This document shows, in pieces, positions 46,798-58,580 of a DNA stretch of 64,000 nucleotides. The notes beneath the pieces are model-generated. The model was not told where the DNA came from, made no database searches, and saw only the letters and a program-made list of their open reading frames with translations. Source of the DNA: Podarcis bocagei (Eukaryota); NCBI GenBank assembly GCA_964188305.1, contig OZ076901.1; one strand, 5' to 3'. Positions within the stretch are counted from its first letter, which is position 1. Each line of letters begins with the position of its first letter. Both the position numbers and the translations under genes were made by a program.

Positions 46798-49067
46798 TAG
46801 ATAAGACAGAACCTAAAACCTCAATTGTCTGTATTTTGGGTTATAAACATCGATGCCGGGTAAGCGGGAAGTTAAATTGGAATTGTTGAATTGGAATATA
46901 ACTGTTGAGCAACAAATTATTTCTATATGGAAAAAAGAATAAAATATTGTTATAAAAAAGAAAAGAAAGAGCGTCTTATCAAAACTCTTTGGCTTCCCTA
47001 CAGATTCCTTTGCTGATCTAACCAAGGAACAGCCTGAAAGTTGGCAGTAACTCATAGGCGATTTGAGCAATGCATTTCACAAGGACATAAAAACAGCCTG
47101 CTAGACCAGAAGAATTCTCCCTCAGACAGTGGAGGTAGAACATAACCATCACTGCTCAGCTCTCAACAGGGCCCCAAGTATCAAGGAAAGGCAAAAAGGT
47201 GATGTCCGCAATGCAGCTCAGCTAAACATACACATCAGTGTTCTCTGTGGGTTCATTCCCATAGACAGCAATGGATGTGCAGTGCCACTGTTAGAATTCC
47301 ACTCGTTTTAGTAACGCTTTTCTTTGGCTTCTAGTGAAATTCTGCTGACACATCTTCAAATTTGTCCTGAAATTTGCTGTGAGGGGGGGGGGAACCAAAC
47401 TAACCCAAACCCAAGGGCATCTCGAATACATACACAGCACTGATCCGCTAAGCAGCAAGGTAGTCTCTGCTGGAGCTCTGAGCCTGACAGATGGTATTGG
47501 AAGCCGAAGCTCCTTGGGCATAGGCCAAATGCTGCTCTGATAAGGAAGGGCAATGGAAGAGCAAGATGGCTGCCAGACCAGACCAAAGGAAGGCCCATAA
47601 CCTTCCCCTTCTAGAACAGATCCTACAAGGAGCCTTGAGGCCAAATCCATCTATCCAGACAGTCCCCCTCCACCGCTGCCACTGTCTATCTATTTCCCTT
47701 TCCCCAAAGGCAACCTGAAATGACAGGTCCCCAGCTGGCACTCGGAAGGACACACCATGGCTTCTTCTGCCAGCCAGGGACCTAGTGACACATCCCTGTG
47801 ATCCAAAGTGACAGCCACATCCTGGTTGAAGATCATAGTGGGGGTGATTTTTCATTCTTTGACCCTTTCTGAGCCAGCTCCAGTGGAAAGGAAAAAGATG
47901 CTCCTCCAGATCTCAGCTTTCACTCACAGAACCACATTTCCCAGGGGTTCCTTGGGCAGAGAGCTCAGAAGCCAGACACACAGGAATCTGATGAACACAG
48001 AGCAGTTACCACAAGGGATGATGAGCTAGTGGTTTTCCAGATATTTTTGGACTACAACTCCCATCCGCCCTGACCATTTGCCATGGTGGCTAATGGGAGT
48101 TGGGAGTCCAACACTAACTGGAGGTCCACAGGTTCTCCACCCCAGGTTACTGAAAATGAAATTTCAAGATGGCGATCAGAATTCCCTGCCTTAAAAGTGA
48201 AGTAACTCTGCCATTTCAAATGAAGGTGGGAATAGTCCTATTCAGGTAAGGAAAACATCTGATGAACTTCAGTGAAGGCAGTCCCACCCCCCTGGCCCCT
48301 AACTTTAATAAGTTACCAAGAGTTCTGAAGGGCAGTTTGTACATCCCAGACCAGGGACAAACAGAGAAGGGATGGAGACTGTGGCCCATGAACTGCAAGG
48401 GCATGTCAGGTGGCATTTTAAAAAGAAAAAGCTTAGTCCCTCAGATGGTTATTCACACAAGCAACTGTGTGGAGAGGTGCCCCCATGGTTAGAGATGAGG
48501 CAGGCAGTCACAGGTCACTTGGGCAGCCCCCAAATACGGGCTGCCTATAGCCTCAACAGCAGTATGGCTACATCCATGCATGGAAACTGACAACTGGTGG
48601 ATTGGCTGAGCTGTGAAACCAGACTTATTGCCCCACTTGGGCTTAGACAAACCCAGTAGCATGAACAGCTTCTAGTCATGATAGATATACTTTGCTTCCA
48701 CTTTCAGAGACGGCATGACTCTGAATACCAGTTGCTTGGAATCACACCTGGTGGAGAGCGCTGTTGTAGTTAGACTCTACCTGCGAGCTTCTCATAGGCA
48801 TCTGGTTGGCTACTGTGAGTACAGGATCCCGGATTGGACATCCCTTTGGTCTGAACTAGCAGGGCATTGAAATGCTATCTCTTTTTGTGTGTATATTTGG
48901 GCACAGGAGCAGGTCATGCCCCAGTGGAGAAGGGAGGAAAGGGTCAAGAAGCTCATAGACAGTCAGTGTCTATGCTAGTGCCATGCAGACACAGAAGGTT
49001 GGAGGTAGGCTTCTTTCATGGTGATGGGGATGTCTTGGGAGGGCATGTGGGGAATGGGCTTGGGAAC

Positions 49068-49425
49068 CTAGGAAGCTGCCTTACTCCCAAGTCACACTAC
49101 TGGTGCTCCTAGCTCAGTATCATTTACACTGACCAGCTCTTCAGGGTTATCTGAAGTGGGACAATCCCAGCCTTTACTGGAGACTGAGCCTAGGAGTTTC
49201 TGTCTGCAAAGCAGATGCTCTAACCCTGAGCTACAGCCCTTAAGATAAAGGAAGCTGCTTTCTACTGAATCACACCACTGGTCCATCCAATTCTATTGTC
49301 TACACTGATGGGCAGTGGCTCTCCAGGTTTCAGGCAGGGATCTCTCCCAGACCTACTTGGAGATGCCAGAGACTGAACCTGGGACCCTCTGCAGGGAAAG
49401 GTGATGCTCTGCCACTTAGCTATGG
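49068..49425 (-). mobile_element. Two tandem tRNA-derived squamate SINEs
   Basis: Two successive aggaagctgc...gagcta units of the same family as 56846 and 61133. Confidence 0.72.
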
Positions 49426-49771
49426 AGAAATGCTGTAAGAGGAAGGAGAGGCTTACGAGGAACCCCTTGCACTTCTCCCCTGAAGAAAAGGCAGAATCAG
49501 AGGACAAGGAGAAGGGCAGGAAGTGTCTGCCTGCCAAGCAGCTTCCTTCCAAAATGGCTTCTATGCACCGTAATCCAGCTACTACAAGCAGACCGACAGC
49601 AGGTTAACAGAAGCCGCAGGGAGCCTGAGAGTAGCTGATGTTGCTGCCAGTTCCCCCTCCATCCAACATACAGTTTTGCTGGTGGTCCAGAGGAGGCAAA
49701 GAACCAGACCCGCTGCAAGCTTCCAAAGAAGAAACAGATCCAGGCGCTCCAGCTTCCTTGTTTTAAAATTC

Positions 49772-49777
49772 TTTATT
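49772..49777 (-). terminator. Candidate polyadenylation signal (AATAAA) of nectin-1 alpha
   Basis: Plus strand tttatt. A UGUA motif and U-rich sequence lie just upstream and a U-rich stretch lies downstream on the minus strand. Confidence 0.55.
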
Positions 49778-52110
49778 TATAAAAAAGTACATTTCTTTCC
49801 ACAGTTGAACCACTAGTTCTCTCTTTTTTAAAAATTTTATACAAGTAAAAGATTGCTTCCCCCAAAATGAAAAATCCCCCAGTTCAGCCCAAACAAAAAA
49901 AAAGGAACGACGACAAAAGTTATTATTACAAAGAATGGGGAAACAAAATAAAAAGAAATAAAATAAAAGAAACAAAAAATAATAATCATAAAAGCAATTT
50001 CAGTCCATTACATTATTCATAATATTCTTTTCTCTCTCTCTCTCTCTTTTTACAAAAGCACTTACAACACAGATTACCAAAAAAGTAGATTTTTTTCCCG
50101 AATGCTGTTTTTATTTATTTATCTTATGTCACAATGATCATTACAGCAGCAGGTGGGGTGGGAGGAAAGGGGAGGAAAAGGGTGTGGATACAGTCACGAG
50201 TGGATGAAAACACTTTGGAGATTTTTCTTTTCTTTTTTAATGGAAAATAAAATAATCATCCAAGTTTTCATCTGGTGTGCAATTAATCCCCATGGTTATC
50301 TATTTACACCGGTTTGAGTATCTTACCCTAGAGAGCCATTACATATACATTCGCTTTCAAGAGAAGAAGGACCCACGGAATGTTCTAGCAAAACAGAATA
50401 CCCCCACCCTCCCCATTTAGCACCACGTTAACACAAAAAATTCACACCCTTGTACTTTTGGTTAATCGTTCCAGAGTCAGGAACGCCCTTGGGTTCCAGT
50501 AGTGACACGGACGACCAGGGTTTAAACCAGGGCCTGGTTTATGGAACTACATTGGGATCAGGCTGTGAAGCATGGTTCCCTGTGACTGGCAAGTGGTATG
50601 AGGCATCAGGATTGGCTAGCCCGAGTTTGAATAAATACCAGGATTCTAGCCCTTTGTCTTTGTAAGGTCAACCAGTGATATGTTCGCCTGTTCTCCACTT
50701 CAGGTAAAGACACTGATCTCAGGGATCACCTGAGCTGGAAAGGTTTTGTATTTGGATCGAGTGGCTCGCCCCACCACCCAAAAGGCTGGTCACTCTGAGT
50801 GTGGCCACCATAGGTGCCAACTCTCTGGGATCCTGGGTGCCCAAGCACCCACAAAATTCCCCATGAAGGAACCCAGCACCCACAAATTTCGGTGCCAGGG
50901 TCATGCACATGGCACCCCCGGCCCTGGGCTCCCACAGTCGCTGGGCCAAGCTGGCCACTATAGTTGTAGTCAACTTGGATTTAGGCCACTGTCAAACCAA
51001 AGCTCCAGGATTCCACCTTAAACAGTCATGGCGCCTGGAAGCTGTAGTTTATTATGGGCTCTGTGAGTTGTTAGGGGATTCTGATACCTGCTGCAGTTCC
51101 CCGAAATCCCCACAAAGAGGGATTGATTGTTAAAGTGAGACTGTAGCTCTGGAAGGGGAATAGGAGTCTCTCAACAACTCTCTGCACCCTTAACAAACTA
51201 CAGCTCCCAGAATTTGGGTGGGGGCAGCCATGGCTGTTTTGGAGTGCTTCAAATGTATGACGTGAATGTGGCTGTAGATTCCCAACTATTTCCCTGACAG
51301 AATTCTCAGGGAGCCTAAGCATACCTCAACTGCCCACTCACATGTCCTGGCATCCAATATTTTGTCTCAATCAATCATTTGCCTTCGTTTTAAGGATTTG
51401 AAAAAAACCCTTTGGCCAAATCTCCTTGCGATTCTACCCAAACAACGAACGGCTTTCCGGCATCACCACCCCCTTAAAAATCTAAATGGCTTCTTCTCCC
51501 CCAGTATGCATCTTGCTTTGCAATCAAGACCACCCCAACGTTTGTGCCTCCCCCCCCCTTACCGGAAACCTTCCCTTTCTCTCTCTCTCTTAAATGGGCT
51601 GAATAAAAATGATTCAAAGGGAGGCGAGGAAAGAAAATCGGTCCCATAATTAAATAAGGGAAATCAAATCGCTACGGTAAATTGAGATGGGTAATCCCAG
51701 ACATAAATCCCATCAGAAAAACACCTGCCATGTTCTATTTCAAACGGATTTAATTTGGCCGATAACGCAGATTTCTTCCTCTCACATTTTTTGCTGGGTG
51801 TCCAGGAATGGGGGTGACAGAGATAAGTTTGTGCCCAGAAGCACTGTTTTCCTACCACCCCACAGCAGCCAGCTGCTCCCTGAAATTGCACATGGCACAA
51901 AAGCAGCAGTTGGGAACAGGATGTTGGGTCTCTAGTAGTCTCTGCCAACTTGGTGCTTTCCAGATGTTGCTGAACCACAACTCCCATCAGCCCCAGTAGG
52001 CATGGATAATGGATGGGACTTTTAGTCCAGCAACATCTGGAGGGCCAAAGGATTCCTCACAACCGCTTTACTGTGCAACCTCCAAGTCTCTGAACCAAAC
52101 AGAAACTACT

Positions 52111-52316
52111 GTCAAAATTAAAAAAAATCCTTCCAGTAGCACCTTAAAGACCAACTAAGTTAGTTCTTGGTATGAGCTTTCGTGTGCATGCACACTTCTT
52201 CAGATGCATGCACACGAAAGCTCATACCAAGAACTAACTTAGTTGGTCTTTAAGGTGCTACTGGAAGGATTTTTTTTTATTTTGACTATGGCAGACCAAC
52301 ACGGCTACCTATCTGT
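52111..52316. mobile_element. Second copy of the short inverted Penelope-like insertion
   Basis: Nearly identical to 15995-16200 but with a different inversion junction; ~80-bp arms; direct repeat aacagaaactactgt at 52098-52112 and 52317-52331. Hammerhead core on the minus strand at 52170-52205 has a truncated stem I. Confidence 0.82.
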
Positions 52317-55300
52317 AACAGAAACTACTGTGTCTTCCTTCTGTAACGTGGCTTGTGCTATGCACCCCACTAGCATACAAAATGACCACCTCAACACCTA
52401 CAGTCTGGCTCAGCGGCTGGAGAGCCTGATACAAGATGTAACACTCTAAGAAGTACAATAGGAGCGAGGAACTCCCAGTTTGCAGTTTAAGGGGCTTCTC
52501 TATTGGGCCTGTGGGACCTCTCCATCACGCCAGAAGTTTCAGTACAAGCTGATCTCCAAACTGGCAGCAAAGTGGACTGAGAAGAGAGGTGGAGGCAATA
52601 AATGGGAAAATTGGGGGGCTCAGAATGTGCTCGGAGATCCTTATTAACAAGGACAGAATGTGGCCCTGATGTTGGGCCACGCACAGCCAATACACTAGGC
52701 GTGGGGGTGAAGATATGCTGATACCTAGAAGAAGAAAACTATAGCTGAACTTATGGTTTGGTTTTTTGTTTTACATTTCCCCAAACCTTCTCCTTTCGTT
52801 GCTGCCACTTATTTTGCAGTAGATGCAACACTGTTTTACTCTCATAAGTTGGTTAAGAGTGAATAGTGAAGACAGGAAGCATTGTCCTCATTCTGAACTG
52901 GCTTCAGAACTATGCTATATCACCATGGGCATCGATCAGAAGCCAGATTGTGGTCAATCCTTCTTGCCCTCACTCTAAAGGGGCTTCTGGGAGAGAAAAC
53001 ATGATGGTTGTCATGTTAAAGTTCCCCCCCCCCCTTTATGCTCAAGCCCTAACTCAGCCTTTTCCTTCCTCCCTCCCTCTTTCTGCCTCAGGTGGCTCAC
53101 CAAAAAAAGCAGTGGAACCCAAAACTGCCTACGGTTCTAGTAAGAATTTTTTTCAACTGGAACTTAGTTCTGGCACCTCTCAGATGGGTGCCATTGCCAT
53201 TATAAGAGAACAAGTGAGGCATTCGTGGTGAGTTCTGGCACCTCTTTTTCAAGAAAAATAAACACTGGTTCTAGTCTTGGTGATTCCTGGCAAGGCCGCT
53301 ATGAGCTGCGCTCTTCAGGACTTGGTGTAATGGAGGCGAATCAAGAGTTAACAGGGCATCCCCTTATGCATTAAGCAGGTTAGCTTTCTAACCAACCCAT
53401 CCTCCGGCTTCTTTTAATTTTTAAATTTACATTGCCACCAAATTTTGGGGGGAAAAGAAAAGAAATTTGAGTAGGTTTGCAGTCTGTGTCCTGTTCAAGC
53501 AACACATGCTCAGAAATGATAAAAGTAGCCTAAAGCAGTTTCAGAAGATTTCTGAATACTTCAAATATGGACTTTCCACCTTTGCCTAAACCTTTGCCTA
53601 AAACAAAATTCAAGGAAAGCGAGGAAAACAGAGCCCGTGCTCAATAGCTGCTTGCATTTCAAGAGACACAAACTTTCCTAGGATTACTGGTGGTTCCTGG
53701 TTCTTGGTGGGGTGCTGGTGGAGAAAAGCAGAAATCCTGTATCTCGACAAAACCACCTGATGCTTCTATCCATCTATGGGTCTTTACTGCAGTTGTTCCC
53801 AACTAGGAGTCCCCAAAGGTCACTGGGTGACCCACTGTCATCTCCAGAAAGCATAGCCACTGGCCAGGGAGGATGGCAACATGAATCTCCAGTTACCTAC
53901 AGCTGCAGCAACGGATGCTCCTAGTGTTATCAGAGGCCTGGCACTGACAAAAGCCTTGATCCATAATTTTTTGTTATGTTTTTTTTTTTTTGCTTTTACA
54001 GGCATCTTATTTCACGCTATGGATTAACTGTGAATCATTTAGCCTTGCTAATTAGGGTCCCGCGGGGGTCTTGCATCCAATTCAGGGCCGCTTAATACAT
54101 GCTGAATTTCCTACACAGATTATCGATGCTGCGCAAACAGCGATGCGGCACCCGCGCATTCTCCTGCATGCCAAATTAACACCCGCCTCTTTTGCCTCGC
54201 AAGCGTGGCCTGGAAGCTCCAGTTGGGTGCTGTCGTACGTCTATATGGAAGCGGTATCTGCCGCAAACCTGGAGTCCTGCTCGCTTCAGCAGGCACAGTA
54301 CGAAGACTGGTGGTTGCTTTGCCTTCCGATTCCATGGCAGATTAAGAAGAACAGGTGCATAGATGTACATACAGGAAATCTGTCTTGGGCGTTGGACTCC
54401 AAATTGACTCATTACATGGGCAATTGGAGAGAGGCTTTTCAAATGGAGGATAGGTTTGTCTGTGATATTGGCCATCATATGTCTATAGATCAGATGTGTC
54501 CAGGATCAAAACAGCATATATAAAGTCCCATCTGCATTATGCATCTAAAGCATTATCATACCACAACTGTGGCACATAATTTAAGGGTGCTGAACATTGT
54601 TAAGAGACCTCTATTCCCTCCACAGAGTTGCACTTCTCAGAGGGGTTTAACAACTGATCCCTCTTCCAGGAGAACTCTGGGAATTGTAGTTCTGCGAGGA
54701 GAACAGGGGCCGCCTGACAAGTCCCAGGATTCTTAACAAACTTCACTTCCCAGGATTCTTTGTTCGGGGTAGGCCATGGCTGTTTAAAGTGGTATGGTAT
54801 TGCTTTAAACATATAGCATAGCATAGCTAGCATAACTTCCTCCCAAAGAATCCTGGGCACTGTAGTTTTGACTGTGTTGAACATGCTCTACAGTTTCCAG
54901 GGCTCTCTGGGGAGAGCGGATGACTGCTGAAGCCTGCAGAGTAGATCGCTCCAAGAGGAATGCAGCAGATGCTGTCTCTGTTTTTGCTACAGCCTTTGAC
55001 AAACTGCTCTGTGCCCTGTGGCTATTGAAGACACAGATGCAATATTTAGATCAGGACTTGCTTTTTGTTTGTTCGAAACCTTTCTCGTTTTCTCTTACAA
55101 GGAGCCAACAGCTTACGTACAGATCTCTCTGTGCATTCCACATGGCCATGGTCTTGAAGCCATCTGGAGGGATATTTGGGATCTTGGATGTATCAGATTT
55201 CACTAAAAGAAAACGCTGCGGACACTGAATGTGCACAGGTTGGGGTGCCTAATCACAAGATCCAGCTCTGATCTATGCATATCCAGTATCCATGGATATG

Positions 55301-56020
55301 GGACATCTGAGAGGGGCTCAAGTTTCCAGACCTCATTACTGCCTGTAAAAACACCTCTGTGTTTTTCCTCTGTTCCTCACCCCTTTCTTGAAAAAAGCAA
55401 ATGACGCCCCTTCCCACCATCCAGATTATTTGAAAACTCAACTCTCAACATAGGAGAAAATGATGCACATCTAGTCATATCAATGCAAACAAATGTGTCG
55501 TTTATTCAGGTTGCGGAATTTCGGCCTCCCGGATGCAGAAAATTTTGGAATCCATTTCCCCTGCGGTATACACGTCCTGCTTCTGCCTTCCCTCAAGACA
55601 TGCAACAGAAGGAGGGGGTCTTTCGTCCCTACGTTACCCTGAAAGATGTTACATGGCAGAAGTCCCCTGTGCTCAGTCTGAGAGAAGCCTCCAGCGATCA
55701 ATGAGCCATGGGAATGAAAGCTATGCACACAGTGAGCAGCCGCTGAAAATGTTAACCTCCTCCTCGTGGCAATGGCTACTGCCTGCCAAGCCCCCAATAT
55801 TTAAAGAAACGCTATCGGCACGCCCACTTCCATTCCCTGCAAGCAATGATGGGTGTGAATGCATGGTCAAGCAAGGACTGATCCTGTGGAGGAGGCAGCA
55901 TCTTGCCTGATCCAGCCCTTGGAGATTTCTTCCTCCTTCATAGAGCAAGACTTGGGAATGCGGGACGTTGCTCTTTGACTAAGCCAGGGCTCAGGAAGCT
56001 GCCTTATATGGAGTCCCTCT

Positions 56021-56406
56021 AAGGTAAAAAAGGTAAAGGACCCCTGGACGATTAAGTCCAGTCAAAGGAGACTATGGGGTTGTGGCACTCATCTCGCTTT
56101 CAGGCCGAGGGAGCCGGCGTTTGTCCACAGGCAGCTTTCCGAGTCATGTGGCCAGCATGACTAAACTGCTTCTGGTGCAACAGGACACTGTGATGGAAGC
56201 CAGAGTGCACGGAAACGCCATTTTCTTTCCCGCCACAGCGGTACCTTTTTATCTACTTGCACTGGTGTGCTTTCAATCTGCTAGGTTGGCAGGAGCTGGG
56301 GCAGAGCAACGGGAGCTCACTCATCGCAGGGATTCGAACCGGCGACCTTCTGACTGGCAAGTCCAAGAGGCTCAGTGGTTTAGACCACAGCGCCACCCGC
56401 ATCCCC
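56021..56406 (+). mobile_element. Sauria SINE nested in a tRNA-derived SINE
   Basis: TSD tatggagtcc(c/a)tct; the host SINE continues on both sides (~55990-56570). Confidence 0.88.
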
Positions 56407-56845
56407 TATGGAGTCCATCTTCCTCAGTACTGTCTCCACTGACTGGCAGAGGGTCTCTGGGATTTCAGGCAGGGTTCTCTTCCAGCCCTACTTGGAGATG
56501 CCATTGGGGATCGAAGCTGGGACCTCCTGCATGCAAGGCCGCCTTTGAGCACCGAGCTGTGGCCTGTCCCCTGCAGCCTTCAAGTAACACTGAGCACGTG
56601 GGAAGGGAATCGCTCTGCACAGCCAACCTGGAGCAGGAGGTTGGCAGGAGTTAGCAGAGAGAGCCACAGGAGCCGAATGGCCCATTGGCAACCTCTATGT
56701 TGGGCCCAATTTGACTCTGTGGTACCCCTTCCTTGTTTATCTATGTGCGGGAGCGGGGGGGGGGAGCAAATTTTGATAACACACATAGTTTTCTGAACAC
56801 ATACCAAAAGCCTCATGAGGCATGCCCATTGTGGAAAACTTAGGG

Positions 56846-57030
56846 AGATAGGAAGCTTGCCTTATACTGAGCCAGACCACTGTTTGTCCATCTAGTTCAG
56901 TACTGTCTGCACTGATTGGCAGCAGCTCTCCGGGATTTTAGGCAGGGGTCTATTTGGGAGCTGTTATCGGGATCTGAACTCAGGACCTTCTGCATGCAAA
57001 GCAGTGCTCTGCCATTGAGCTACGGCCCTC
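56846..57030 (-). mobile_element. tRNA-derived squamate SINE
   Basis: ataggaagcttgccttatactgag...ctgcatgcaaagcagtgctctgccattgagctacggccc. Confidence 0.78.
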
Positions 57031-58035
57031 GGATGCTCCACCCCTCTGACTGAAAATAACAATAATCGTTAAAAAGCAAAGCGAGAACACAGGAGGAAAA
57101 TTGCTACACTTGCCCTCCTGGATATCATGCAGTTTCCTGTTGTACTTTCACGGTTGTTCTTTTGATGATCAAGTCATTTGTTATGTTTCCTAAACACACA
57201 CACACACACACAAGGCTGGTGGATTTCGCCTCCCCACCACACGTGCGTTGTGGGAAACGGCAACAGGAGCTCAAACGAATATACAGATACAGATATACAA
57301 GCTCAGCTGAGGGTGGAGATGCCTTTGCCCCAGACCATCTGAGCTTTTTGTGCTTTCTGTCTTTGTGGCCCCCCTCCCAGTCCAAAAAATTCATTGGTGT
57401 GTGATTTAGGCCCCCGTCCCCCGTACAACGTTAAGACAACATACAAGTTCCAGTGTTTTTTTTGTGTTGAGGGGGAGGGGGGCATCAAGAGGGGAAACCC
57501 AAATATTGACAAAGAGACACCTTAAGACTACAAACAGAAGGGTTTTTTCGGGGGGGGGGGAGGAGGGTTCAGTATACTATACAAGGGTGGGCAGTAGTCA
57601 TTAAAAGGAAAGGAATCTTAACACCAAAGCCACAGAAACAACACTTTAGGGAACAAAGATCTGGTGGAGGACTTAAGGGAGTGGGGGGGCAGGGAAGGAG
57701 AAATGTTCCCCCCTCTCCCAACCCCCCCTCTCCCCCCCCAACAACAAAAGCAAAAATGGATAAAACGAACAACCAGCCCCCTCCTGCCTCGCCTTGTCCT
57801 GGTTGCCTCTGAACCAGCAGCAGTTCATTAAAGGAAAAGAAAACAAAAAAACAGAGAGTCTCTGTCACACTATGCACCCTGCCCAGGTCGATGTGTGTTG
57901 TGTGTGTGCACGCATGGGCTCGTGCGTGAAGAGGGCACGCAGGGGCTGTGCGTGACAGCTGGTGTGGCCCTGGGGCTCGGAGGCAGCGCGTGGCGAGTGC
58001 GAGGAGGCAAGAGAAGGGGGGTTGGCCGGAGCGAG

Positions 58036-58580
58036 CTAAACATACCACTCCTTTTTGGAAATAAAAGACCCGTCGTTCTGAGAGACCATGTTATCGGCTA
58101 TGTCCAGCTGCTCGGGGTCGTACTGGAAACCGAGTGTCCTCTCGTCGTAGGCCTCCGAGCGGGCCTCGCCCTCGTCCACCGTGAAGTAAGGCCGCTTGGA
58201 GTCGTCTTCGTACTTGCCAGGCGGCCCCCCGCCCAGCTTGCGGTCCCCTCCGGCGCCGTCCTCCTCCTCGTCCTCGTAGCTGTGCCCCCCCAGCGGGCCG
58301 GCCTTCTTCTCGTCGTCCGAGTCGTCGGGGTACTGGAGGTTCTGTGCCATGGGCGGGTGGTGCTGTGGGATGCCGGCTTTGCTGTAGCCATTGCCGTAGA
58401 CGTGCTTCTTGGTGCTGTAGTCGCCCTTGAAGGTGTGGCGCCGGTGGCGGAGCACGACAAAAACCACCACGGCCAGCACCACGACCAAGGAGACTCCGCC
58501 CACCACGCCCCCAATCACAGCGGTGGGGATGGTCGACTGCGCCACGGATGTGCCCGGTGGAGACGGGGTGTAGGGGAATT
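58036..58580 (-). CDS. NECTIN1: Nectin-1 alpha isoform terminal coding exon (juxtamembrane, TM helix, cytoplasmic tail with C-terminal PDZ-binding motif)
   Basis: Pyrimidine tract + cag acceptor (58583-58581), phase 1. Reads (E)FPYTPSPP...VIGGVVGGVSLVVVLAVVVFVVL RHRRHTFKGDYSTKKHVYGNGYSKAGIPQHHPPMAQNLQYPDDSDDEKKAGPLGG...DPEQLDIADNMVSQNDGSFISKKEWYV*, matching the nectin-1 alpha tail as recalled. Confidence 0.97.

Larger units (their letters stand above)
49760..58035 (-). other. NECTIN1: Probable long 3'UTR of nectin-1 alpha
   Basis: Follows the alpha stop codon. An AU-rich, TE-poor block at 49760-50450 ends (minus strand) in tgtacttttttataAATAAAgaattttaaaa. The extent is inferred; earlier poly(A) sites are possible. 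Confidence 0.5.
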
